A stretch of DNA of 63,782 nucleotides, the filler included, from Octopus bimaculoides (taxonomy: Eukaryota), in the NCBI RefSeq assembly GCF_001194135.2. It is 5 parts of 5 records of this genome, joined end to end, with 100 filler letters (N's around TTAATTAATTAA, not from the genome) between each part and the next. Parts side by side here need not be neighbours in the genome. Positions count along the whole stretch, not along the records: positions 15,909 to 32,257 come from NC_068984.1; positions 32,358 to 57,983 come from NC_069007.1; 3 more parts are not named here. One strand, given 5' to 3'. Below the pieces are notes generated by a model. That model did not search any database and had not been told where the DNA came from. It saw only the letters and a program-made list of their open reading frames with translations. Numbering within the stretch: the stretch's first letter is position 1; each line of letters begins with the position of its first letter. A program made the position numbers and the translations under genes. Positions 23,335 through 35,371 of this stretch are shown one piece after another.

Positions 23335-23640
23335 CGAAAACTCACAGCTTATTTTGCTGGGTATGATGGAAACTGTCAGCTGTCCACAGCCAGCAGATTA
23401 AGGTGACACTTGTTTACTGGTCATGCTTCAAGAACCTTGCGAAGGATTCTTGCAGCTACAAGCAATGTCGATTTTTGTAGCTGCAAGAATCTTCACACTT
23501 GCACGAATCATTTTTGAGCCATGCTGGTAGCTGAGCGCTGATACTTCCAAGTGCACCAATTACTTTTGGTATCACGTCTACTCTCTTCATTGGTCACAAC
23601 CTTCGTATTTCCCGCTTTAAATCGTCATAGTTGTGTTCTT
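23334..23640 (-). mobile_element. Dong/R4-clade LINE 3' end, subfamily A
   Basis: Minus strand reads YDDLKREIRRL*PMKRVDVIPKVIGALG...LQKSTLLVAARILRKVLEA* (C-terminus of an RLE-type ORF, with a frameshift), then a 3' UTR; bounded by (TAA)n. Confidence 0.85.
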
Positions 23641-23644
23641 CTTC

Positions 23645-23711
<67 letters not shown>

Positions 23712-23717
<6 letters not shown>

Positions 23718-24546
23718 ATTTCTTTTTATCACAGGTTTTTCTGGAACTCATGGAGTCTTGCATGCGTAGCGGGCTTGTTATCTGCAGCCTACGGTATCAT
23801 GCTATCTGTTCTTTTCAACTATCTAATACTTTCCTGATTAATCTGGCCGTACCAAGGAGGCAAACCTTTTCTTAACAGTTCAGCTGGACACTCTATTCCG
23901 ATTTCCTTTGTATTCCTCTGTAATTGGCACTATCTTCACCTTCTTCATTTTCCATAGCTGGGCTATTTCGTACTTAAGAAGGTTGTACTTATCTATTTTT
24001 TCGCCTTCTTTCTTGGCTATTCGAGGGTCAAAGGGACATGCAACATCCACTATATAGCTCATGTGGTGCATCTTTTCTACCACCACTAGGTCCGGTCTGT
24101 TATGCTCTTGCACCTGATTTGTTTAAATTGAGAAATCACAGAGGATTTTTCTAGTCTCCGACTCCGCTACTTTCTGCAGTTTATGCTCATACCATATCTT
24201 GCCTCTCTCTAACCTCCACTTTTCGCACGGTTTCCAATCTAGCACTTTCGCTACCTGATCGTGTCGTTAGAAGTCTAGGGCATTCGTTCATGATATGGAC
24301 AATGGTTTCGTCCACTCTATGCCACAGCGGAGACACTTGCTCATTCCTAAAGTTGACCCTCAAATTCGTAGCCAAAGCTTGGTCTTGTGCTGCCGCTGTA
24401 GTGCTCTCAGTCTCTCTTTTTAGTGTTCCCTTCTTCAGTCAATCCCATCTATATTTTCCAGCAACTTCTGTTGTGACTACAGGGATTTGACTGTGTAGTC
24501 CTTTGTTGCGTAATGCTTTTTCATGTCCTTTTTGTACTTCTTCCTT
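23712..24546 (-). pseudogene. Dong/R4-clade LINE 3' fragment, subfamily B (Zn knuckle + restriction-like endonuclease)
   Basis: LKRETEST.AAAQDQALATN; degenerate CCHC (SPLWHRVDETIVHIMNECP); RHDQVAKVLDWKLCEKW; HNRPDLVVV...IVDVACP (PD..D motif); VCLLGTARLIRKVLDS*. Several stops and frameshifts. Confidence 0.92.
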
Positions 24547-24588
24547 TGTTGTTGTTGTTGTGTTGTTGTTGTTATTATTATTATTATT

Positions 24589-24869
24589 GTTCAGTAGTTT
24601 TATTTTTATAACGTGCTTTCACTTCACTACCGAGCGCAGCTCTGTGCGCCTTGGGTATGTGCTGTAGTTTGCTGTGGTGCTCTTATGTTTACTGTATTGA
24701 AAGTGTTTTGCGTAGAATGTGTGCAGTACCCAGTAGTGCAATTTTCTGTATGTTATATATATTTGTAAGTCCTGGTGTTTTTGTTATGTATTTGTCTGAA
24801 TATTTTTTTATTATACCTAAGGCACCTACTATGATAGGAATTGTTTCTGTTTTTGAATTCCACATTCGA

Positions 24870-24870
<1 letters not shown>
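24589..24870 (-). mobile_element. Dong/R4-clade LINE 3' end, subfamily C
   Basis: RMWNSKTETIPIIVGALGIIKK...IQKIALLGTAHILRKTLSIQ* plus 3' UTR; (TAA)n on both sides. Confidence 0.9.
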
Positions 24871-24930
<60 letters not shown>

Positions 24931-25147
24931 GGATATTTTATTAGTTGAACGATATTTCAACAGTACGTCTGTCTTTGTCAAGTTCAAAATAAGAAGTGAT
25001 AAAAATTCAAAATTACGGAAATTTAAACGTAATGTATGAACGAGAGCAACCAGCGTCCACACGTTGATGGAATGACATCATCAGTTTTTAAGTTACAATT
25101 TTATAACAGGCGAAAAGAAAAGGACAGAGAAAAAATAGAAAAAATTA

Positions 25148-25182
<35 letters not shown>

Positions 25183-25877
25183 TAACAATAGCAACATTAA
25201 CAACTTCAGTAAGAAGAACAATGGTAACTTAATATGAAATGCAGTAAAAATAACAGCAAATAGCAAAATATCAACAAGAGATTTCCATTAACCGTGCCAA
25301 AATAACTTAAATCTCTACCAATGTTATCAGATTTGGGAGGAGGAAAGACAGTGTTGTGTTTGATGTTGGAATATTACGGGTTCTGATTTGCTTTAAGATA
25401 AATAGTGAATTCTAACAACTGTTGTTCTCAGGATATCATCGAGTAACGGTATCTTGACGCCTGAACAACATTTGCGTCTATACGGAACGATGTAAAATAT
25501 TTTTTAAATATATTGTTGGATTCCTTTTTATAATCTCTTTTGATAATTATAATGTCTTCGTTTAGATATAGAAATTGATGCCATGTCACGTAACTTATAT
25601 TTCCAATGAGACCAGGATGAAATTCATTTCTATGAATATTTCTATTTTGGTCAAATCGACAAACAACAATATCTTAGGACTCCATTAACAGTAAAGCGAA
25701 CATCATTGGATGCTATATTGAAGAACGGCGCTCAATTAGCAAAGCTTATTTGCTTCAGATATAAATGAAAGAGACTTTTAATTCAGTTTCATGATACTGA
25801 TCAAGTATGCAAACAATCATTGAGATTAAACAATACTAGTTATCAACAACAAAAGAATAATAATAATAATAATAATC

Positions 25878-25934
<57 letters not shown>

Positions 25935-26896
25935 TAATGATAGAAAAATGTAGGCGAGAGGAAAATCGTGATTGTGTGAAGGAAATACTGTGGCTTTGTG
26001 TCGTTTACATTTGGTTCGCTACTTTAAAAGTCCCTAAATGAGCTAATGTAATGTTTAACATATTAATTTCTTCTGAGTATAAAATTCTTAAAGAAAAATC
26101 CTTTCCTTTAGAAACTATAATGGTTAAGATTTGCTATAGTTCTTTCGTCAGTATCTTGACAAGTGAGTTAATTATGAAGATAAATGAATCCTAGGTTTGC
26201 AAAGGGATTTAATTGTAAGCATGCACAAATGGTATTTTTTGTATGTTTATATAGCTATAACTATTCATATCTTCGACTGATACCTCAAGGGTAACTGGGA
26301 ATATAGTAAGGAAATAGAGAAAAAACAAACAAACAAAAAAAAAACAGGAGGCGATAATAAGTTAGGACAAGAGTTCTAAGATGGAATGGAATAATTATGT
26401 TAGAGAGTCATCCCATTATTCGAAGATAAATTTAAATTTCCAAAGAAAATAACCGAGGAGAGAATCAAGAAACGCGAATAAAGGTCCATCAAATCGCATA
26501 TGAAGTTGGTCGAGGAAGATTTAGTATCTGCTCGTTGATTGTCTTGAAAAAATATATTTAGCTTTATATAGTTTTGATTTCTAAAGGGGCAAATAAAGGT
26601 ATGAATGAAATCACGTAGAAGGATTATATATTGTGCTAGCATTTTCCCCAGAATATTAATTGTATAAGTGAAGAGAGATGCTTGTAAACAAGATATAAAA
26701 TTGACTGACATCAACGTTCAATGGAATTTTAATCCTCTTACTCTCAATAACTCATCGCTGTCAATATTCGAATTCAAATGTAAATCTCAACCTCTCACTT
26801 CATCTGTTGCAGTCTTTATATTGTCTCTACATCTATGCAAAGTCTCCCTCTCTCTTTCTCTGTCTCTCCTTTTTGTATTATATTCTATATAACATA

Positions 26897-26979
<83 letters not shown>

Positions 26980-27394
26980 ATCAAAGTTGACCTCGGAGAT
27001 ATTTGAGCTCAGAATGTAATGATAAATACTGCAAGGAACGTCCTTCAAATCTATCGTAATTTTACTAATCACTGCCCTTACAATAATAATTCTAATAATT
27101 GTATCTAATTCAGGTACAACGTTAGCAATTTTGTGAAGAAGCGGAGTAGTCGATTACATTGATCCCAGTGTTTGAATGTTGCTTTATTTTATCGATCTCC
27201 GTAGGATGAAAGGCAAAATTAATCTTGGCGGGATCTGAACTTAGGAATTAAAGAACAGGAACAAATATTTTTCTAACGATGGTCCTAATCGCACCATCAT
27301 CCGGCCGGGCCACTTGCCCGAACCAATAGGAATCTTCCACTGCAGATGTCCTTTTTGGGGAAAGGATAAGTCGATCACATTGACTCCAGGAGGC

Positions 27395-28178
<784 letters not shown>

Positions 28179-28629
28179 TGCTGCCAACCAGACATTTTTA
28201 CATATTGTTTTACATTATGAATATGTATATAATGCAGTTACAAGCTTGAAAATAAGTAACTGCAACTAGTTCTCATTGGCATTTACGATGGAAACAAATA
28301 ATTGTTATATAATAACCGAGTGAATGTTTGCTTTGTTGATTTTTATTTACTTTCGGTTTGTTTGAGTCTATTTTAATCAACTACATCCACAGGACCATAA
28401 CTTATCAGACAGTGTATCAGTATAGATAGTTGATACCTGTCCAACAAAGATGTGTAATTCGATTAAGAACGATACACAGGGAATGTATCATATTTTTGTG
28501 AGGTTATTTATGAAAAAAAACTTAGTTTGGAAGAGCTGTTGGGAAGATAATGGCAATTATTTTCCAGCTGTACACTTACAAGGTCACATGAACACGCATA
28601 CATTCACGGGCATATGTGAGCACGTATAA

Positions 28630-28668
<39 letters not shown>

Positions 28669-30504
28669 AATGTATGCGTAATAAATTAAACAATGTAGGG
28701 NNNNNNNNNNNNNNNNNNNNNNNNNNNNNNNNNNNNNNNNNNNNNNNNNNNNNNNNNNNNNNNNNNNNNNNNNNNNNNNNNNNNNNNNNNNNNNNNNNNN
28801 NNNNNNNNNNNNNNNNNNNNNNNNNNNNNNNNNNNNNNNNNNNNNNNNNNNNNNNNNNNNNNNNNNNNNNNNNNNNNNNNNNNNNNNNNNNNNNNNNNNN
28901 NNNNNNNNNNNNNNNNNNNNNNNNNNNNNNNNNNNNNNNNNNNNNNNNNNNNNNNNNNNNNNNNNNNNNNNNNNNNNNNNNNNNNNNNNNNNNNNNNNNN
29001 NNNNNNNNNNNTGTACACATATAAATGTACACACACGCACGCGCGCGCGCGAACACACATGCACATACATACACTCACACATATTGGTACGCACGCACTT
29101 GGAAGGTGTATATACAGGTGAACGCATTTAAAAACAGTTATTTACGCCCGAACATGCAGGCATAAGCACACGCAACACGCGCGCATGCACACACACACAC
29201 ACACACACACACACGCAAACACACATGCAGTTAGTCCTTTCATGTCTTGCTCTCTGTCTTCCTTTCTCGCTGTCTTTCATTCTTTCTTTGTTTCTCTCTA
29301 ACCCTCTTTCTCCTCTCTCTTTCACACACAAAGATGGTCCTACGCGAAACGTCGAACTGCTCTGCTTCCTCCCGACTTTGCATTTATTCTATTGTTTGAA
29401 TTATTCTATTACTGGATGCTGACGCACACATCAGAGACTCCTCAAATTCTACTAAATTCTACTTGACATAAAATACGTTTGTAGACTTGTCACATGCTGA
29501 AATATGGAAATACATTGACACTTCAAACCATGTACGTAAAGCGCAATACCCAACACATACTTATAAAAATCCATACATATATAACCTGAAAACATGAAAG
29601 AAAAAAAAAACATCTAGAAAGCCCGCGCCCAATCGAGAGATTAGAGCTTCAAGCTATCAAAACCACTGAATATATATGTAAAACATTCAAATAGTTTAAC
29701 ATGTAATATGATCCACATATGCAATGATATACATGTCTGCAACAGTGAGTGCGGGTGCTCATACATATGCATGTGGATACACGTATACATGCATACATAT
29801 GTGCATACATACATACATACATACATACATGATGGCTGCAACTCGATCTCTAGCAATGCCGTCGCCTGATCATTCTCTTAAATGTGAACCAGAAAGGACG
29901 CCTTAGGCAAGTTTTTCTCCTCTAGCCCCAGGTCGACCAATCAATGCCCTGTGAGTGTATTCGGTAGATGGAAATTATATGGACTTCCATATAGTCCGTC
30001 GTAAATATATATANNNNNNNNNNNNNNNNNNNNNNNNNNNNNNNNNNNNNNNNNNNNNNNNNNNNNNNNNNNNNNNNNNNTTTAGCCCCAGGAGGACATC
30101 TCCTCCAGCTGGCTTATCGACACACGACTGTGTCCTGTTTGCCAAGGGAGTTATCCCTCTCACCGCGACCAGTGTGTATATACATACACACACATAATTA
30201 CATACATGTGTGTGTATCTTTATGTCTGTGTTTGTTGCCGCCCCTCCACACCACTTGACAACTGGTGCTGGTGTGTTTGCGTCTCCGTAACCTAGCGGGC
30301 AGGCAATAAAGAACGACGGAATAAGTACCAAACTTAAAACTAAAAAATAAGTACTAGGGATGATTTTGTTCGAGTAAAACTCTTCAAGGCGGTGTCCCGA
30401 CAAAGACGCAGTCGAATGATAGAAACAAGAAAGAATATAGGAAGAAGGTGACGAAAAATAATTTCATTTATATAATAATCTCTCAATATCAGTGAAAGAC
30501 TTAT

Positions 30505-31346
30505 AGCGGCGATCTGGCGGAACCGTTAGCACGCCGGGTAAAATGCTTAGCAGCATTTGGTCTGTTTTTGCGTTCGGAGTTCAAATTCCGCCGAGGTCGA
30601 CTTTGCTTTTCATCCTTTCTGGGTCGATAAATTAAGCACCAGTTGCGTACTTGGGGTCGATCTAATCAACCGGCCCCCCTCTCCCAAAATTTCGGGCCCT
30701 GTGCCTAGAATAGAAAAGAATATTAGTGAAGGCATTAAGGCGGCGATCTGGCTGAACCGTTAGCACGCCTGGCAAAATGCTTAGCGTCATTTGATCCTGT
30801 TTTTACGCTCTGAGTTCAAATTCTGCCGAGGTCGACTTAGCCTTTCATCCACTCGAGGTCGATAAAATAAGTGCTAGTAGAGCACTGAGGTCGATGTAAT
30901 CGACTTACACCCACTCCTGAAATTTGTGGCATTGTGCCAACATTTGGAAGCAATATTAGTGAAAGCATTTTGATGGTAGCCGGGGCAGTGTCATAGAATG
31001 ATAGTCATGAGCCACCCATGACGATAAATTCCATTGTCACGATAGATTGATTAAGAGTAATTATTAGTTCGCATTACAAACAGTAATCTTCCTGTCAGAA
31101 TAGTAGCGTCGTGATAGTAATGGATGAGGTTTACCAACAAGCTAATTGCCTTCGAGTTTCTGTCATAATTTATTACTTCGGCGAAGGCGAATCAACGCGG
31201 TAAAAATCTGTGGGGTGCTGCCTGTAAGAGATAACAGCTAAATTTTTATTAGGGTTTCGATAAAAATAAGAACTAGTTGAACACTGGTGTCGATGTAATC
31301 ACGTTGCCACCCACCTAAAGTTGCTGGCCTTCAGTCAAAAATTTGA

Positions 31347-31377
<31 letters not shown>

Positions 31378-31422
31378 CTTCTTCTTCTTCTTCTTCTTCT
31401 TCTTCTTCTTCTTCTTCTTCTT

Positions 31423-31453
<31 letters not shown>

Positions 31454-31905
31454 TTATTATTATTATTATTATTANNNNNNNNNNTCAGCTGGACAAAATG
31501 TTTAACTGCATTTTATCCCTTTTTATGTTCTGTGTTCAAATTCCGCCGGGGTCGACTTCGCCTTTCATCTTTTCGGGATCGATAAAATAAGTACTAGTTG
31601 AGCACTAGGGTCGATATAATCAACTAGCTCCCTCCCTCATCCAAAACTTCAGGTCGTGCGCTTATAGCAAGGAGGATTATCATTATTAAGGCAGCGAGTT
31701 GGCCGAATCGCCAGCCCGCCGGACAAAATACAGTATTTCGTCCGTCTTCACGTTCTGAGTTCAAATTCCGCCGGGATCGACTTTGCCTTTCAATCTTTCG
31801 CGATCGATATAATAAGTACCAGTTTCATACTGGGATTGATGTACTCGTCTAGCTCTTTCCTCAAAATTTCAGGCCATCTGCCAAAAGTAGAAATGGTTAT
31901 TATTA
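30505..31905 (+). mobile_element. Tandem cluster of SINE family 2 (about four copies, with fragments)
   Basis: Copies at about 30505-30722, 30738-30960, 31483-31680 and 31688-31905, all on the plus strand with ATT-type tails. Confidence 0.88.
31348..31473. repeat. (CTT)n followed by (ATT)n
   Basis: Direct reading. Confidence 0.95.
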
Positions 31906-32257
31906 TTGTGAATATATCAACAAACTTTTCCATTATTTCTCAAATCAAGGGCGGTGGATTGACAGGATCGCTAGCACTCAAACAAAATGCCTTGCTGTAT
32001 CTGGTTATGGCTGCTTACGTTGTGAGTTCAATTTACAAAGAGGTCAACGTTGCCTATCAAAACAAGACAGTCAAGTTCTTGGGTCATTTTAATCGAATAC
32101 AACATATATACATATATACAAACATACGTGTATACATACATACACGTTTATAACCGGCATCTATACTAATTTGCCAGATAATACAGTATCCGCCTGGATA
32201 ATTTATTCTTTTCAGACCCCTCTCTCTCTCCCTCCCTCTCTCTCCCTCCCTCTCTCT

Positions 32258-32357
32258 NNNNNNNNNNNNNNNNNNNNNNNNNNNNNNNNNNNNNNNNNNN
32301 NTTAATTAATTAANNNNNNNNNNNNNNNNNNNNNNNNNNNNNNNNNNNNNNNNNNNN
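32258..32357. other. Artificial scaffold spacer
   Basis: 44 N + TTAATTAATTAA + 44 N. Confidence 0.95.
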
Positions 32358-32620
32358 GTCTCTTTTGCCGAACCGCTAAGTTACGGGGACGTAAACACAC
32401 CAGCATCGATCAGTTGTCAAGCGATGTTGGGGGGTACAAACACACATATATATATATATATACATATATATGATGGGCTTCTTTCAGTTTCTGTCTACCA
32501 AATCCACTCACAAGGCTTTGGTCGGCCAGAGGCCATATTAGAAGGTGCCACACAGTGGGACTGAACCCGGAACCATGTGGCTGGTAAGCAAGCTACTTAC
32601 CACACAGCCACTTCTACGCC
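32358..32620 (-). mobile_element. SINE family 1
   Basis: Both modules and the internal (TA)n are present; head ...cacacagccacttctacgcc. Confidence 0.88.
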
Positions 32621-32659
32621 TTTATTGTTGTTGTTGTTGTTATCATCATCATCATTGCT

Positions 32660-32853
32660 TTTAAGTTAGCATTCCAGGAAAAATGCTTATCAGCATCTTG
32701 CCTATCCCCATGTTCTTAGTTCAAATTTTGCCCAGGTTGATTTGCCTTTCATTTTTTCAGGGTCAATAAAATCAACACCAGTTGACCCTGGGGTTTATGT
32801 AATCGACTTACCCTCTCCTCCAAAACTGCCGACCTTGAACCAATGTATGCGAC

Positions 32854-32928
<75 letters not shown>

Positions 32929-33065
32929 GGTGGTGAGTTGGCAGAGTCGTTAGCACTCTGGGCAAAATATTTAGCAGCATTTCTCCTTTTGAAACACTGG
33001 GGTTGACGTAATCGACTATTCTCCTCTCCCCAAATTTCAGGCCTTGTGCCTTTAGTAGAAAGGAT
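32660..33065 (+). mobile_element. Two degenerate SINE family 2 copies separated by (ATT)n
   Basis: agttcaaattttgcccaggttgatttgcctttc...; cggtggtgagttggcagagtcgttagcac...ccaaatttcaggccttgtgcctttagtagaaaggattatt. Confidence 0.8.
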
Positions 33066-33102
33066 TATTGTTATCATTATTATTATTATTATTATTATTA
33101 TT

Positions 33103-33990
33103 GCCTGTTCGAGATAAAGTCTACTGGCACGGAAGTGCCGTCAGCCAGGCCTGCCTGAGGTGCGATCAGAGCGACCAAACCGTTCTGCACGCACTCGTCC
33201 AGTGCCCGAGCATTGCTGACCTGTGGGTCTATATCGAACAGCTACTGTCACGTGTAGGACGGATCTGGCTATCAGCTGAACCCATAGTGAAGATTGCCCC
33301 GCCGACCTCTTTTAACCGGGAGGGCAAAGCAATTTTCCTTTGTCTAGTATCTGTAGCGAAAGAGGTGATATGGTGGACTTGTTTGAAAGGGCTAAAGTCA
33401 GACACTTTCCTCTTTGGCCAAGGCCTCATCAACTTTTTCAAGTTCCACTTGAAANNNNNNNNNNNNNNNNNNNNNNNNNNNNNNNNNNNNNNNNNNNNNN
33501 NNNNNNNNNNNNNNNNNNNNNNNNNNNNNNNNNNNNNNNNNNNNNNNNNNNNNNNNNNNNNNNNNNNNNNNNNNNNNNNNNNNNNNNNNNNNNNNNNNNN
33601 NNNNNNNNNNNNNNNNNNNNNNNNNNNNNNNNNNNNNNNNNNNNNNNNNNNNNNNNNNNNNNNNNNNNNNNNNNNNNNNNNNNNNNNNNNNNNNNNNNNN
33701 NNNNNNNNNNNNNNNNNNNNNNNNNNNNNNNNNNNNNNNNNNNNNNNNNNNNNNNNNNNNNNNNNNNNNNNNNNNNNNNNNNNNNNNNNNNNNNNNNNNN
33801 NNNNNNNNNNNNNNNNNNNNNNNNNNNNNNNNNNNNNNNNNNNNNNNNNNNNNNNNNNNNNCTGTTATCTAATGTTTACATGGACTTTTCCTTTTCACAA
33901 AACCTTTTGTACTTTTCGTCCTGTGTTTGTCCTTACATGTTTTTAATTTATGTTAGCCCTTGTGGCCAATAAAACCAGAATTAACTATTA
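33103..33990 (+). pseudogene. Tx1/L1-clade LINE ORF2 C-terminus (CCHC zinc knuckle) plus 3' UTR
   Basis: LPVRDKVYWHG...CLRCDQSDQTVLHALVQCP..ADLWVYIEQLL matches the C-x2-C-x8-H-x4-C motif; after an N gap it ends gtggccaataaaa. Confidence 0.82.
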
Positions 33991-33996
33991 TTATGA

Positions 33997-34205
33997 TAAG
34001 GCAGTAAGCTGGCAGAACTGTTAACACGCTAGGTAAAATAGGCATTTTGTCCATCTTTATGTTTTGAGTTCAAATTCTGCTGAGATTGACTTTGCCCTAC
34101 ATCCTTTCAGGGCTAATAAATTAAGTACCCGTGAAACACTTGGGTTGATGTAATTAAGTAGTCCCCTCTGCCAAAATTTCAGGCCTTGTGCTTGAAAGGG
34201 TTATT
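33997..34205 (+). mobile_element. SINE family 2 (CpG-decayed)
   Basis: aaggcagtaagctggcagaactgttaacac...gagttcaaattctgctgagattgactttgcc. Confidence 0.82.
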
Positions 34206-34234
34206 ATCAGTATCATAATATCTTCAAAATCAGT

Positions 34235-34420
34235 GGCACTTAAAAAGCACCCACTGCATTCTTGGAGTGGTTGACATTAGGAAGGACATCCAGCTGTAGA
34301 AACTCTGCCAGATCTGATTGGAGCCTGGTGCAGCCTCCTGGCTCACCAGTTCCCAGTCAAACCGTCCAACCCATGCCAGCATGGAAAACGGACGTTAAAC
34401 GATGATGATGATGGTGATGA
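34235..34420 (+). mobile_element. RTE LINE 3' end with (GAT)n tail
   Basis: Matches the 3' UTR of the element at 35372-37885 (taggaagg.catccagctgtagaaac...ccagcatggaaaacggacgttaaacgatgatgat). Confidence 0.85.
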
Positions 34421-34561
34421 TTGATCTGGGGCAGAAAGAAGACCGATATCTTTGGTTTTGTGTGTGAGGCTGGAGATTATAATGTCTAAAAATGGGTATC
34501 ATTTAAATAACTCGTAAAATTTTTTTTTTAAATGAAAAAGTCAACCGAAATTAAGAAAAAA

Positions 34562-34601
<40 letters not shown>

Positions 34602-35371
34602 TAATAATAATGATAATAATAGTTAATGTTAAACTAGTTCAGTGATACCTTAACCTTTGGAAGCTTGGCACCCTTTTTCACCAAGTGACATTTTACAAGA
34701 ACCCCCTTCTCCTTCTGTGTAGCTGGCACCCACCAAAAACGAGATAAATATACCCCAACAGATTGCTTTGATCAAAGAGAACCTAATTTTTGTGCAGTGG
34801 TTTATCTTTAATAAGCCTGGCTTTTATCTTCGACTTCTTTCTGTCTTTTGACTTGGACTGCAGCCATGCTGGAGCACCGCCTCAAAAGGTTTTAATCAAG
34901 CAAATCAACACCAGTACTTGCTTTTTTTTTGGTACTTATTCTTATTTCTTTATTGCCCGCAAAGGGCTAAACATAGAGGGGACAAACAAGGACAGACAAA
35001 GGGATTAAGTCGATTACATTGACCCCAGTGTTTCACTGGTACTTAATTTATTGACCCCAAAAGGATGAAAGGCAAAGTCAACCTCGGCGGAATTTGAACT
35101 TAGAATCACTCACAAGGCATTATTGAGCCAATGGCTATAATAAAAAACACTTGTCCAGGGCACCACACTGTGGGATTGAACCCCAATCCACATGGTTGCA
35201 AAGTGAGCTTCTTAGCCACACGAACATACCTCTATCTACATTCTCTTATATTATTCAATCCAGCACAAGTCTTTCCCTTTTTTTTTAAATTTTATAAATA
35301 TTTGCCTAGGTGCAAGAGTGGCTTTTTGGTAAGTAGCTTGCTTACCAAGCACATGGTTCTGGGTTCAGGAT

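Noticed and set aside
25433-25495. Exon with the ABCA-like peptide LTPEQHLRLYG
   Set aside because: Short match only; the neighbouring CPQ motif would need a frameshift, the donor is weak, and there are no supporting exons.
26440-26570. Kinase-like glycine loop (YEVGRGRFSIC)
   Set aside because: Stops immediately upstream, no usable splice sites, and no following kinase motifs.
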